DNA from: a virus
Taxonomy: Duplodnaviria > Caudoviricetes
Direction: 5' to 3' (one strand)
Virus record (IMG/VR): IMGVR_UViG_3300033143_004977
Span: 1-59,757 of that record
DNA: 59,757 nt
Position 1 is the stretch's first letter. Every line of letters starts with the position of its first letter. Of the stretch, positions 46,432 to 57,080 are shown piece by piece. The notes below the pieces were generated by a model. The model was not told the origin of the DNA, did not search any database, and worked only from the letters and a program-made list of their open reading frames with translations. Made by a program: the position numbers and the translations under genes.

Positions 46432-46460
46432 ATTATACCATATTTTTCTATATTTGTACA
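46432..46460 (-). promoter_or_regulatory. Phage consensus promoter
   Basis: TGTACA-17 nt-TATAAT with TG on the minus strand. Confidence 0.75.
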
Positions 46461-46463
46461 CAG

Positions 46464-49442
46464 TTATTTTTCTTCTAATTTTTTCAAATTGCTTGTCAAC
46501 ATATGTATTTGTTCTCTTAAATCATCAATACATTCGACTATTTTTTTACTAGCACAAAGATTAAAACTTATCAGACCACCAAAATCAGTAAATCCTTTAT
46601 CATAAATTTCTTTTGGTAAACCCGAAGCATCAAGTCTATATCCACTTTTTTTCGTGTCATCTTTAATTGTTTTTAAATTTCTTATAATCTGAAGATCATT
46701 GTATTTATCCCAACCTGTTTGCCAAGTCGTATTCTTTGTAAAATATGCATCTGAGTAAACTCTTGCCCAATATGAACCAGCTGTTCCGCAAAAATAAGTA
46801 TTTAACGTCAAAGGATAAATATGGCCCTCAAAACCTGCTTCACTTGATACATACAATTCATTACTAACATATACACGTTCTTTTGCATAAAGTCTTCCAG
46901 ATATATTTACAAAAGAAGCAGAAATATATAAATCTTCATTAGCTGTACCAGAACCATAAATTCTCGCTTTTTGTGTTCCACTTGTATCATAAAAATACAA
47001 TCCATCTTTATTTAATCGTGTTCTTATATACCCACCACCAATAACATCAATTCTTGGTCCGCCCGATGAAGTCATTTGGACATAATCAGTACCATCTATT
47101 GCTTTAATATGTGAAGTTGCAGTTCCTTTTAATTCGATATCGCCCGATGTACTTTTTATATAACCAGATGTTATGACCCAACCATCTGATGTTCCGCCAA
47201 TATATCCACTTGTAGCAGCAATTTGACCTCTAAAATATGCACTGCCTGCATTACTGATATAAAATGTAGTCACGCTAGATGCCCTGCCGTAAATACCATT
47301 ACTATCAATTCGTACACCATCTGCGGGCAATGTAACCTCACTCAAATGCGAATCTAAGAAACCTTTTACTATTTGATAAGATGCATTTAATCCATTATAT
47401 CCTCTATTCGCACCTGTTGCAACTGTTGACGCAGCAGTACCATTTACGTATGAAGTATCGTCAGCAGTATTTACACTAGTCTGATCTGCATTTGGATCAG
47501 TGCATTTTGCATCAGTGTGACTAACTGTAATTGTTCCTGTTATATGTGCATCTTGAATAACTGCATTATCAATTTGAGCAGAATTTGCAATAAGAACTTC
47601 TGTAGTAATAAGATTTGCGGCGACAATAGAGTGTTGAGCAATCTGCGTTTCACCGTCAATTATAAGATCTGTATTAGTAGCAGGTGCTAATATCGCATCA
47701 GATGCTGTATTTGTATTAGCAGCTGCATTTGTGAAGACAATTCTAGTATCAGCCATTGCTGTTTCTTCAGATGTAGTAGCAGAGAGTGCAAGTTTTGAGA
47801 TAGTGTATGTTTGTGAAGTCTGATCTGCTACTGTCCATCTGTCTTCTAGAGTTAGAATTGAAGCAGTGTTTGATTTAATAATTTTTTTCTGTCCTCCGAT
47901 TTCTACTACGTACCCTTTGTATTGGTCATTTGACCAACCTGGACTACCATCATCAGTTAAAGTATCTCCACCTTGTTTTGAAGTGCCTGTTCTAGTTACC
48001 ACTGCTGCAGTCGTTGGTAATAATTCTTCATCAAGATAAATATAATATGTAGAACCTGGTGCCATCAATCCTGTGTTTCCTATGTCAACTATTCTTTTAG
48101 CAGAACTTCCTGATTCACCCGCTGGGATATAAATTGTGCCAGCTGTCCAATCAATTTGTCGATAAGCGTCTGCACCCGTTGTAGCAGAGAAGGTTATAGT
48201 AGTAGTCCACGCTCTATTTGCAGGAGCGAGTTGAGCAGCAGTAAGAGCTTGTGTAATACGACCGTACCATCTCATTTCCTGATCTAATCGAATTCTCTCT
48301 TCATCAACCATATCTTCAAATCTTTCTTGTGCATTTGATACTTCTATTGTTGCAGTATCTACTTCATAATCAACAGAATGAATGAATAATACAGTATCAG
48401 AACCAACTTTAAAAGGATTATTCTTAGCATTTAATATTTGACAAGTTTGCCCTGGCACGATTGAAGCAAGATCATATTCACCGTTTAATGATATTTTAAT
48501 TTGGACTTTTGGATCTTTGTTGTCATATATACGTGAAGAAGCAAGCAAACTAGCAGCAGCAGCATTTGTAATCTTGCTATCTGTGATGTAGCTAGATATT
48601 ATGTCATAGTCATTCTGACTACTGACATCTTCAGAAGTTAGACGAACGAAGTCTGGATCAACAGTACCCTTCTCATTCCAGAAGAGCGTGCGGTTAATAA
48701 CACCCTCGATTGTTTTATAACCTTCGATTTCAGTAATATGTTTTCCAATGATAAAAGTATGATCGGCAGTCGTAGAAATATTCTTCACCCATAATTTCCC
48801 GTCAGTTGAGATTCGCCAATAGAAGAAGTATCCACCCGATTTATTACGAGGAAGAAATTTAGAAATCTCACGCATTGCATCAAGGTGTCGCATGTTGAAA
48901 AATCGATAATCGAAGCTAATTGCACCTCCTGTATTATCTGGTGTAGCATCAACATTTGAATAGTCATTCGAAATCATCGAATTGCTTTCAACACTTCGGT
49001 AGTGATCAATCACCGCTTCAAACATTTCGTCTGCGCGTTTTGATGTAAGCTCAACTGCGATGTCAACAGATGTAGATGAAGTTCCTAATCTAAAGAAGTC
49101 ATTTTTAAGTTTCGACACAGCTGATAGGCATGTTACTTCAACTCTTTCTTCTTTGCCTCGAAGATACGGTTTATAACTAGTAATATAGCCATACCCAATG
49201 AGTTTATCTCCTAAAGGATTATGCTCATTCTGTAAATATACCTTGACTCTATTATTAAATTTTATCTCAACATCTTCTGAAAAGTCATCGATCTTTCTAT
49301 TCAAAATTATTGTAAATTCTCCATCTCCCCCGTTACATTGACGATGAATAGAAAAATCAGACACAACATCAGTCAAAACTGAAATGAATGTATCGTCTTC
49401 TGAGTATACTTTATACACAAGTTGTTGTTGAAAATTAGCCAT
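46464..49442 (-). CDS. Tail tip/hub protein with fibre-like C-terminus
   Basis: 992 aa downstream of the distal tail gene; Gly/Ser/Thr-rich; chaperone-like coiled-coil end. Confidence 0.7.
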   Translation of the reverse strand: MANFQQQLVYKVYSEDDTFISVLTDVVSDFSIHRQCNGGDGEFTIILNRKIDDFSEDVEIKFNNRVKVYLQNEHNPLGDKLIGYGYITSYKPYLRGKEERVEVTCLSAVSKLKNDFFRLGTSSTSVDIAVELTSKRADEMFEAVIDHYRSVESNSMISNDYSNVDATPDNTGGAISFDYRFFNMRHLDAMREISKFLPRNKSGGYFFYWRISTDGKLWVKNISTTADHTFIIGKHITEIEGYKTIEGVINRTLFWNEKGTVDPDFVRLTSEDVSSQNDYDIISSYITDSKITNAAAASLLASSRIYDNKDPKVQIKISLNGEYDLASIVPGQTCQILNAKNNPFKVGSDTVLFIHSVDYEVDTATIEVSNAQERFEDMVDEERIRLDQEMRWYGRITQALTAAQLAPANRAWTTTITFSATTGADAYRQIDWTAGTIYIPAGESGSSAKRIVDIGNTGLMAPGSTYYIYLDEELLPTTAAVVTRTGTSKQGGDTLTDDGSPGWSNDQYKGYVVEIGGQKKIIKSNTASILTLEDRWTVADQTSQTYTISKLALSATTSEETAMADTRIVFTNAAANTNTASDAILAPATNTDLIIDGETQIAQHSIVAANLITTEVLIANSAQIDNAVIQDAHITGTITVSHTDAKCTDPNADQTSVNTADDTSYVNGTAASTVATGANRGYNGLNASYQIVKGFLDSHLSEVTLPADGVRIDSNGIYGRASSVTTFYISNAGSAYFRGQIAATSGYIGGTSDGWVITSGYIKSTSGDIELKGTATSHIKAIDGTDYVQMTSSGGPRIDVIGGGYIRTRLNKDGLYFYDTSGTQKARIYGSGTANEDLYISASFVNISGRLYAKERVYVSNELYVSSEAGFEGHIYPLTLNTYFCGTAGSYWARVYSDAYFTKNTTWQTGWDKYNDLQIIRNLKTIKDDTKKSGYRLDASGLPKEIYDKGFTDFGGLISFNLCASKKIVECIDDLREQIHMLTSNLKKLEEK

Positions 49443-49488
49443 TTATAAATAAATTAAATAGAAGTAAGTGAAGACAAACGATGTTTAA

Positions 49489-49944
49489 TTATTTTTTCGT
49501 CTTAACGATTTTAACAAGTTCAAATGCAACAATATCATTTACTATTCTTTTCCAAGTTTCTTCACAGTAAGTGCCGTCTGCTAAATCTCTACTTCTGACC
49601 CAATCTTCGCCAGCTCTTGGTTTTCTTACTTGTGCTACACATCCAAGATAACCATCATCTATCGGAGCATTACTTTCACCGACTGTTTCTCCATTTATAT
49701 CAGTTTCAATTATATGCTCATTCGTGATTCTTGGTAATCTTGCAGTAATTCTATACTGATAATTCTTAGTAAAGAATCTGATGATTACTCTATTTTCTTT
49801 ATAGTCAGCGATAACGAAATCATCTATTTCATTACACCGACTGATTGTCTTGACCCAATTATATAGCTCGGGAAATTCGCTTGCTAATTTGTATAGCGGT
49901 TTAGTATTTTCCATAAATATTCTTTCTATACCGCTTGTCTTCAC
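49489..49944 (-). CDS. Phage hypothetical protein inserted in the tail module
   Basis: GYLGC..RKPRAGEDW.R..DLADG motif. Confidence 0.6.
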   Translation of the reverse strand: MKTSGIERIFMENTKPLYKLASEFPELYNWVKTISRCNEIDDFVIADYKENRVIIRFFTKNYQYRITARLPRITNEHIIETDINGETVGESNAPIDDGYLGCVAQVRKPRAGEDWVRSRDLADGTYCEETWKRIVNDIVAFELVKIVKTKK

Positions 49945-50052
49945 ATATTTTTATTCAATTTTTAGTATTTTAAAATGTTGAGGGTGGTGTACTATAGCTT
50001 TCGGGTTTAAAACCCTAAGAGAAAGTGATTTTCTATTAAAAACACCTTTCTA

Positions 50053-50844
50053 TTACAAATAAGTCGCATAATATGTGATCGTTTGTGTTATATTGTACGT
50101 GCCCCCGCATGTAATCGTTAAAGTATATCCATTCGACGTCGAGTTGAAATTTGGAAATATTCCAGTGAAGTCGATACTTGTTTCTGCACCACCGTCATAT
50201 GATCTCTTAACAGTCATGTTCTCGCAATCTATAATTAAGTAATCGCCTGACGCATCTAATGCAAGAGAAGGAATCGTGATTGATTCTGATAGAGCAGTGT
50301 TTTCAAATTTTATTTCGGTAATTGCTGCTGATGGGAGAGTTGTTAATAACCACTTAATAACAGGCCGAGGACCAACAGAACCAACTGGATCGAAAGTATC
50401 ATTAACAGGACTACTTGTAATACCCGATTTCGTCACAGTAGTAGTAGTCGTTGATTTCATGAACGGTTCAGCGATGAACACTATTTCGTATGGAAGTTGA
50501 GTTATGTGATAGTGCTCTTCAGGAATATTTATAGATTTCACAGTAGCAACAAATCTCATTGTTGTTCCACCATCATTTATATCTAAATTAGACTCATCAA
50601 CATGAAGAGCAGCTTTCATTAAATCCAAACTTATTTTCAAATTTGCTTCAGTATCTCGTGTTAGTATGCCTGTCACTGTTATTTCTTTACTTTCGTAATA
50701 TGTATTGACAAGATCAAAACCATCTCTTCGAGATTTTGGAATGAGATCTATAATCTTTTCGGGAGTGTTGCGATAGATAATATCTTTCGTCCGAAAAGAT
50801 GAGTCTTGAAGAGAAAATGAATTAAATGTGATTGATTTTGACAT
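50053..50844 (-). CDS. Distal tail protein (Dit)
   Basis: ITFNSFSL, RRDG, F.AEPF; follows the tape measure gene. Confidence 0.75.
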   Translation of the reverse strand: MSKSITFNSFSLQDSSFRTKDIIYRNTPEKIIDLIPKSRRDGFDLVNTYYESKEITVTGILTRDTEANLKISLDLMKAALHVDESNLDINDGGTTMRFVATVKSINIPEEHYHITQLPYEIVFIAEPFMKSTTTTTVTKSGITSSPVNDTFDPVGSVGPRPVIKWLLTTLPSAAITEIKFENTALSESITIPSLALDASGDYLIIDCENMTVKRSYDGGAETSIDFTGIFPNFNSTSNGYTLTITCGGTYNITQTITYYATYL

Positions 50845-50854
50845 AAAATGTTAA

Positions 50855-53590
50855 TTATGCGAACCGCTTTAAGTAGGTTCTTCTACTCAAAACAGATTCC
50901 ACTTGATTTGCTATTCTTGTAATATCATTATCATTTCTTACAGACGGATTGTAAATATTGACTGAAATTGGAGATTCTCCTGCTGGGATGACAGTTTCTC
51001 CGCCATGTGCAAGGATCGGGACAGCTTGATTTGGAGAACCTGGCACAACACCACCCATCGCAAACTGCGGCATAAAAGGAAATTGTCCTAATAAATTTGA
51101 AAGTCCTGATATGCCTGCACTAATAAAGTTACCAGGATCGAATAAATTACTTACTTCATTGACAGATTCATTTACTTGTTGAGCATCTCTGTTTATTAAT
51201 TGTAAACGTCGTCTGTACTCTTCTTGTGTTATTTTGCCAGTATCGCGTAATCGTTTTAAATGTTTTATATGTTCTGCTTGTGTATCTGCTAAACTTTCAA
51301 TTGAATCGTCAAGAATATCTAATTCACTTTTCAACTGATTAATCTGATTCATTATTAATGTAAATCCCGCCAATACAACTGTTATAGTAAATAACAATGG
51401 TATCGATGCTAATGCTGCGTGTAAAGTACCAACTGCTATACTAACTTTTCCTAATGAAGCAACAGCTGTTGCTTCTAATCCTAAGAACCATAAACCAATT
51501 CGCACAGCCATTACACTTTTAAGTGCTGCTTTAACTAACATAATTGCAGTTATTATTCCCATTATAGACGTACCAACTAATCCAAGACTTTCAATAAATT
51601 TTGTATTATCACCAATTGCATTAGTAATAAATTCCTGAAATTTAGTTTTAAACGTTTTTACTTTTTTTGTATTATCGTCAATCGTATCACCGATATCACC
51701 AAGAGAATTTCCAATGTCACTATTTAATCCAATTTGTTTTTCTGCATTACCTTTTATTTCAGACATTTGCTCTTGTAATTGTGTCATTCTTTCAGTATAT
51801 TGTCTTTTTTGTTCATTGATATAATCAAGCAAAGGCAACATTCTCCATTTTGCTATATCTGCAGCATGATTTTTTTCTAATTCTTCTTCATCTTCTAATT
51901 CTTTTTTTAATGTTGCAAGTCGTTCACTATATTTATTTTCAGTATCTTTTAGATCTTCGTCTCTTCGTTCTTCGTTTCGTTTTTGAGAAAGAGCATAATC
52001 TTCATTTTCTCTAGCTAATTCTCTTTTAAGATTTCTTATCTTAGTTTGATCTGCCCACAATCCTTTTGAAATTTCTTCATCAATTTCTCTTTGAATATCT
52101 TCTACTTTTCGACGATGTGACAATGCTTCATCTTCTTGAGTATCTTTAAAATTATCATTTATTTTGTTAAGTGCACGTGTGTATTCTCTTTCTAAATCAT
52201 TGATTTGTTTTTTTAGATCTTTGACTGTCTTATCATGCTTTCTAACCCATTTTGCCATTCCTTCTTCAAAATTACGAGTAGTTAGTGCCATCTGATCACC
52301 TATTTTTTTAAGCTGCTTTGCTACTTTTGGATCTGTTATTTCTTCATTTAATTTTTCAACTGGTTTCATTAATTCAGCAATTCTTTTTTGCAAATTTTTA
52401 ATTGATGCAGTCCATTTGTCCCATTGACCCGTTGCTTTCGCAACAAGATAAATAGTTGTTCCAATTGCTGCTGCCAATGCAATAAACTTAAGACTCGTCC
52501 ACAATGCTGAAACCGATAACAATTTTAATGCATCTACTGTAAATTGTGCACCTTTTGCAATCATTGGAAATAATGCTCCAGCTGTAGCAAGACCTGTAAT
52601 GAGCAGAGTAACAGCTAAACTACCACTTATCAAGACCATTGTTAATGCAGGCATTGTATACGCAGCTTCTCTTATTTTATCAGATAATTTTGTAAATGCT
52701 TCTGCAAGCGGTCCTATTACAGGTATCAATGTTGTTCCCAACGCAGCTCTAGTTTGAAAAAGATTTGAAGATAATGCTGAAAGTGCACCGCCAAATGTGC
52801 CTGCTGCTAATTCAGCACCACCCGCAAATTTCTTAGTTTCCTGTAATAAATAATTGATAATTGCAAATTGTTTATCTGCAGTTGTCATTTGCGCAGTAGT
52901 TTTATCAATTGTTTTACCATACGCTTTCCATACTTGATCTGCTCTAAAGTTTATACCAATTGCATCTACTTGTCTTTCTTGCAAAATTCTTACACCTAAT
53001 GATGATTTTTCCAATGCTTTGCCAAAAGTATCTGTTAGAATCTCTTTTGACAATACTGCAGTATCAAGCATACCTTGCATTAATTCTTCTGCTTTATCAA
53101 TATTCAATCCCGTTGCAAGCAAATTTTTTAATGTGTTCGACGCTTCAGTAACAGATAATAAACCTGTTCGAGCAAATTTTAATGCAACATCATTTGCTTT
53201 ATCAAAACTTTGACCTGAAATTATTGCATATGCACCTAATCCAACTGCTGCTGCTTCTGCTTCTACCGCTGCATCAACAAAACTTTTAGTTAATAATGTC
53301 ATCGCTCCCGCTGCCATGCCAGCAACTAAACTCAAATATCTAAATCGATTACCTAATGCATCAAGCGTGTTTGTGTAATCTTCAAGACTTTTTGCTTGCG
53401 TGACTGAAGAAGACTTGACACTCGAGCCTAATTTTGTCACCGACGCAGTAGATTGTTTATAACTTTTAGATTGTGCTGCTGATGACGTTCGTACTTTATT
53501 GCCTAAACTAGTTACAGATTTTTCTACATTTTTAATCTTTTGTGTAGCAGCATCAGTAGCATTTAGAGTTATTAATATCGATTTCGACAT
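50855..53590 (-). CDS. Tape measure protein
   Basis: 911 aa Ala-rich/coiled-coil; C-terminal FAMGGVVPG..AHGGETVIP. Confidence 0.9.
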   Translation of the reverse strand: MSKSILITLNATDAATQKIKNVEKSVTSLGNKVRTSSAAQSKSYKQSTASVTKLGSSVKSSSVTQAKSLEDYTNTLDALGNRFRYLSLVAGMAAGAMTLLTKSFVDAAVEAEAAAVGLGAYAIISGQSFDKANDVALKFARTGLLSVTEASNTLKNLLATGLNIDKAEELMQGMLDTAVLSKEILTDTFGKALEKSSLGVRILQERQVDAIGINFRADQVWKAYGKTIDKTTAQMTTADKQFAIINYLLQETKKFAGGAELAAGTFGGALSALSSNLFQTRAALGTTLIPVIGPLAEAFTKLSDKIREAAYTMPALTMVLISGSLAVTLLITGLATAGALFPMIAKGAQFTVDALKLLSVSALWTSLKFIALAAAIGTTIYLVAKATGQWDKWTASIKNLQKRIAELMKPVEKLNEEITDPKVAKQLKKIGDQMALTTRNFEEGMAKWVRKHDKTVKDLKKQINDLEREYTRALNKINDNFKDTQEDEALSHRRKVEDIQREIDEEISKGLWADQTKIRNLKRELARENEDYALSQKRNEERRDEDLKDTENKYSERLATLKKELEDEEELEKNHAADIAKWRMLPLLDYINEQKRQYTERMTQLQEQMSEIKGNAEKQIGLNSDIGNSLGDIGDTIDDNTKKVKTFKTKFQEFITNAIGDNTKFIESLGLVGTSIMGIITAIMLVKAALKSVMAVRIGLWFLGLEATAVASLGKVSIAVGTLHAALASIPLLFTITVVLAGFTLIMNQINQLKSELDILDDSIESLADTQAEHIKHLKRLRDTGKITQEEYRRRLQLINRDAQQVNESVNEVSNLFDPGNFISAGISGLSNLLGQFPFMPQFAMGGVVPGSPNQAVPILAHGGETVIPAGESPISVNIYNPSVRNDNDITRIANQVESVLSRRTYLKRFA

Positions 53591-54155
53591 TATCGTTTAT
53601 TTATACGTTTAGTTTGTTTTTTATGTTCTTTCTCTACAAATTGTGCTTCGATATTCATAATGTTCTGGAACAAATCAAATTCATACATTGGCAAATTATC
53701 AATCTCAGAATATGAAATACCCATATTTTGCCAAAAAGACTGGATAGTTTTATATCTAGCCAGCTCTTTTGAATGCATTTTTCCAGAACTAAAAGAAAGA
53801 ACTACTTTTTTTAGTTCTTCTTTTTTTTTATATTTACTTTTTCGAAAGTTTCATTAACAGTATCCATCAAAATCGAAAAATCTTTAGCTGGAAGCAATCC
53901 CAATGTTTTTATTGATATTTCTAATGGTTTGTCATTCTCATCAAGAAATGTCCAAGATTTTATCATTTTTTTCAAAACTCCTATCCCTTTGTCATAATCT
54001 TTTTCAATATCAGTAAGTTCATTGATTTGATATGTTAATAAACCTTCATATAAGATAACTTCGTCTTCTGGAAAAGAAGGAAGTTTTACTGTAATAATCC
54101 CTCTCGGGTCTTTTAATTGTGTCATGTTATTTTCTGTTATAGAAAAGCAAAACAC
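53590..54155 (-). CDS. Tail assembly chaperone pair (G/GT type) joined by a programmed -1 frameshift
   Basis: A-AAA-AAG near 53820-53826 before the stop; -1 frame open into MHSKEL; downstream hairpin AAGAACTA/TAGTTCTT. Confidence 0.8.
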
Positions 54156-54186
54156 CGATTCGACATTTTACCTGTCTGTTGATAAA

Positions 54187-55185
54187 TTAATAGCTTTCGT
54201 GTTCGTTTGTTACGATCACTTCGATCATTTTTGTTTCGGTTGGATCGTAATTTGCAGTGAACGATGGATTCTCTGTAATAAATCCTGCTACTGCTGTGTC
54301 TACACCTCGATCAGTTAGAGTAAAGTTTGGAATGCTTATTTTCAATTCTTCTGTTTCTGCACTACCAATAGAATCGCCACTGAATGTGATAATCATTGCT
54401 CTGACTGCGTTCGCGCCATCTTTCAATGTTTCGTAGTGAATTCTTTCTGTCGTGTCTTCGTAGAACAAAGTGTAATCACCTTCGATTTCTAACTGTGCTA
54501 TGGAGATCTGTGTAGGTGAATTATCACCCGATAAGTACTGTGCTTCTGCATTGTTGTTAATTCGCAAGTTCAATCCTTTTAGTGGAGTTGCTTCTGCACT
54601 TCCTGCTGCTGACAATGCAGCAGTTCCATTTGCACCACTTCCAAATTTTATCTCATAGTCCTTGAAAGCAAGTATTCTTTCTTCTGTGATTGCCTGTGTG
54701 CCTGTTGAGCTAGATGGAAATTTTGACAGAATGTTGGCAGAAATAGTAGCTATTCCATCAGATACAGATAATTCTAGAGTATTGACTGTAGCGTACGCGT
54801 ATTTTCTTGTATCCACGCCATCAAAATATGTGATAGTCAAAGTTTTAGGAGGATTGCCTGATTTAGCAGTAATCGTATGTTCGTATACAGCTGATTCGCC
54901 TGAAGCAGTTCCACTACTAATAGCACCTAATGCTGGATAGAGTAAATATGGAATATTTTCAACGTCTACATAAATTTCTACATCTCCTTCGCCACGTCTT
55001 GCGCCTGCTATTGCGTTCCAATTCTTAGCACGAACTCCTTTTACTGCTTCATCTTGCAAAATGTCTTGCACACCTTTGATAGTACATGACACATGAGGAA
55101 GTGTCTTTTGCATATTCACCTCTGTACCAGGCGTTGTTTCTATCGCACAACCAAAATACGGACTGTGTCCCGCTTTTATTGACAT
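54187..55185 (-). CDS. Major tail tube protein
   Basis: ETTPGT, YEHTIT, LRINNN; upstream of the chaperones. Confidence 0.8.
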   Translation of the reverse strand: MSIKAGHSPYFGCAIETTPGTEVNMQKTLPHVSCTIKGVQDILQDEAVKGVRAKNWNAIAGARRGEGDVEIYVDVENIPYLLYPALGAISSGTASGESAVYEHTITAKSGNPPKTLTITYFDGVDTRKYAYATVNTLELSVSDGIATISANILSKFPSSSTGTQAITEERILAFKDYEIKFGSGANGTAALSAAGSAEATPLKGLNLRINNNAEAQYLSGDNSPTQISIAQLEIEGDYTLFYEDTTERIHYETLKDGANAVRAMIITFSGDSIGSAETEELKISIPNFTLTDRGVDTAVAGFITENPSFTANYDPTETKMIEVIVTNEHESY

Positions 55186-55200
55186 AAGTTTAGTTCCTTT

Positions 55201-55443
55201 CTATGCGTTAATTTCTTTATTTTCGACCGATTCATTTTGAATAAATAAAGATTTTCTATCTAATTTTTTATTTTCTCTTTTCTTTCTTTCTGGAACAAAA
55301 ATTTCTTTCTTTTCTTTCACTTCTTCAATAGCAGGATTCATCAGAATTTCACTAATGTCTGTCTCCTTTTCTTCTTTTGGTCCAATCGAAAAACTAAGAG
55401 TTGAAAAAGTTATTCTTTTATTAGATTTGTTTTTTACTTTCAT
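55201..55443 (-). CDS. Hypothetical protein
   Basis: ORF track. Confidence 0.55.
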   Translation of the reverse strand: MKVKNKSNKRITFSTLSFSIGPKEEKETDISEILMNPAIEEVKEKKEIFVPERKKRENKKLDRKSLFIQNESVENKEINA

Positions 55444-55603
55444 GTTTGTTATTTAATTGATTTAAGTTGATATTTAAATACGTAAACGCGTTGCATGCAT
55501 AGCACTTAATTTCTATTTTCAAAATATTGCCTTCTAATTTATATTTCAATTGTAGTTGTTTACAACGGTCATTTGAACAACGCAGTTCATTATAATTACT
55601 CAT
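55421..55603 (-). CDS. Com-like Zn-finger protein
   Basis: ELRC....CKQL ... IEIKCYAC. Confidence 0.65.
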   Translation of the reverse strand: MSNYNELRCSNDRCKQLQLKYKLEGNILKIEIKCYACNAFTYLNINLNQLNNKHESKKQI

Positions 55604-55604
55604 G

Positions 55605-56072
55605 TTATCTATTTACAATATATTGAATTTCGATGTGAGCTGAAGTTTCGAGTGTAATTAATTCGTCTGTCCTTTTTCGAGTAGTATAATCAACAGATGA
55701 AATGTTAGCAATGCTTCTATTAGAGGCAAGAGTTAAATTATCTCGAAGAACACCAACAACAGAATTAGGATCGATATCACCAGAGCTTAATTCTCCCTCC
55801 ATTGTTTTCATTAAAAATTCAGTACCGACCATTTTATCAGGTGTCGCATTAAAATATTGTCTCGCGTCAATCACAATAGAGATATCAATTGAATGTGAAT
55901 GCATGTCTCTAGCACTATCTGCAACAGTTACCTCGGTCGACATTGGGTTGATTACTATACAAGGTAAACAAGAATCGGGAATATATACAGGATCACCAAT
56001 ATATATTGATTTAATAATCCCTTTTACTTTTTCTTCTAATTTCGTTTTTAATAATTCTATACTTTTTTTCAT
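55605..56072 (-). CDS. Tail terminator/completion protein
   Basis: Position and size; LPCIVI motif. Confidence 0.6.
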   Translation of the reverse strand: MKKSIELLKTKLEEKVKGIIKSIYIGDPVYIPDSCLPCIVINPMSTEVTVADSARDMHSHSIDISIVIDARQYFNATPDKMVGTEFLMKTMEGELSSGDIDPNSVVGVLRDNLTLASNRSIANISSVDYTTRKRTDELITLETSAHIEIQYIVNR

Positions 56073-56569
56073 CCTGCTTTTTTAGATTTAATTAATCTGT
56101 TTATCCAATTAGTAAACACTCTTTCGACCATTTTTACTCTAGTAGCATCTACTGCCGCAAGAACTCTTTTTGGTACTTTAACACTTCTTCCGCGATATGT
56201 CACTGTTCCGCCTTTTTGATGAAGCATAGAGTATTCTTGAGTGTTAAATATTCTAACAGTTTGTTTATTAGGCATATCAGTATCAAATCCTGATCGCATT
56301 GCACCTGTTCTGACAAGTGGTTTATGAATTGCTATTGCTTTGCCTTCTTTAAATAATTTTTTCTTTTCACGTATAGTCGCGGGTGCTAAGGGTTTCCAAC
56401 CTTTCCCAAATGTTCTACCTTGTGTTTTGAAATTAGTCGAAATTTCTTGCAAATATCTTTTAGAAGAACGTTCTAATGGTTCTACAGGTGTTTGAAATTT
56501 TTTGCTAAGATAATTTAATGTGTTTATACAATCCCGATCTCCTTTTATTGTAATTTTAATATTTGACAT
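56069..56569 (-). CDS. Virion morphogenesis (tail completion, Mu gpG-like) protein
   Basis: WKPLAPAT, LVRTGAMR, HQKGG, VPKR. Confidence 0.8.
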   Translation of the reverse strand: MSNIKITIKGDRDCINTLNYLSKKFQTPVEPLERSSKRYLQEISTNFKTQGRTFGKGWKPLAPATIREKKKLFKEGKAIAIHKPLVRTGAMRSGFDTDMPNKQTVRIFNTQEYSMLHQKGGTVTYRGRSVKVPKRVLAAVDATRVKMVERVFTNWINRLIKSKKAG

Positions 56570-56571
56570 AT

Positions 56572-56796
56572 TTATACAATCTCAACTTCTTTTTCACATG
56601 GTTCACCAATATCATGATTGCAAATATGATATGATGCGTTAACTGTTACTTCTTCGTTTTCTTTTTTTTCATTTATTTTTTCAGAGTATGATTTTAATTC
56701 TAATATTCGTGCTTTAATTGCAGGTAGTCTTTTTTTTAATGCTTCAGGAATTGGTTGTTTTATTGCTAGATCTAATTTAAATCTAATGTATGGCAT
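56572..56796 (-). CDS. Hypothetical protein
   Basis: ORF track. Confidence 0.55.
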   Translation of the reverse strand: MPYIRFKLDLAIKQPIPEALKKRLPAIKARILELKSYSEKINEKKENEEVTVNASYHICNHDIGEPCEKEVEIV

Positions 56797-56799
56797 GTT

Positions 56800-57075
56800 T
56801 TATGTTAACGAATATTTAATTTCTTCTGGTGTTTTAGCCCAATTAGAATATTTAATTTTAATATGGTCTATATAATTTTGACCGTGCCAAATAACATCTT
56901 TTCTTCTGCTCCAATTTAACATTTTTTTGTCTTTTCCACCTCGGCCCCAGTCATTCATCGTTTCATCAAATACCAATTCATTCCCATCACCAAAACCATA
57001 ATCAAATTCTATCTCATATTTTTTTCTGAACAATTTTGCGATAAATAATATTATTTTAAATTTTGTTGTATTCAT
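56800..57075 (-). CDS. Hypothetical protein
   Basis: ORF track. Confidence 0.5.
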   Translation of the reverse strand: MNTTKFKIILFIAKLFRKKYEIEFDYGFGDGNELVFDETMNDWGRGGKDKKMLNWSRRKDVIWHGQNYIDHIKIKYSNWAKTPEEIKYSLT

Positions 57076-57080
57076 ATTTT

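Noticed and set aside
49980-50050. Nested stems in the tail-module intergenic region as a ribozyme
   Set aside because: Short stems and no catalytic consensus; may be a simple leader hairpin
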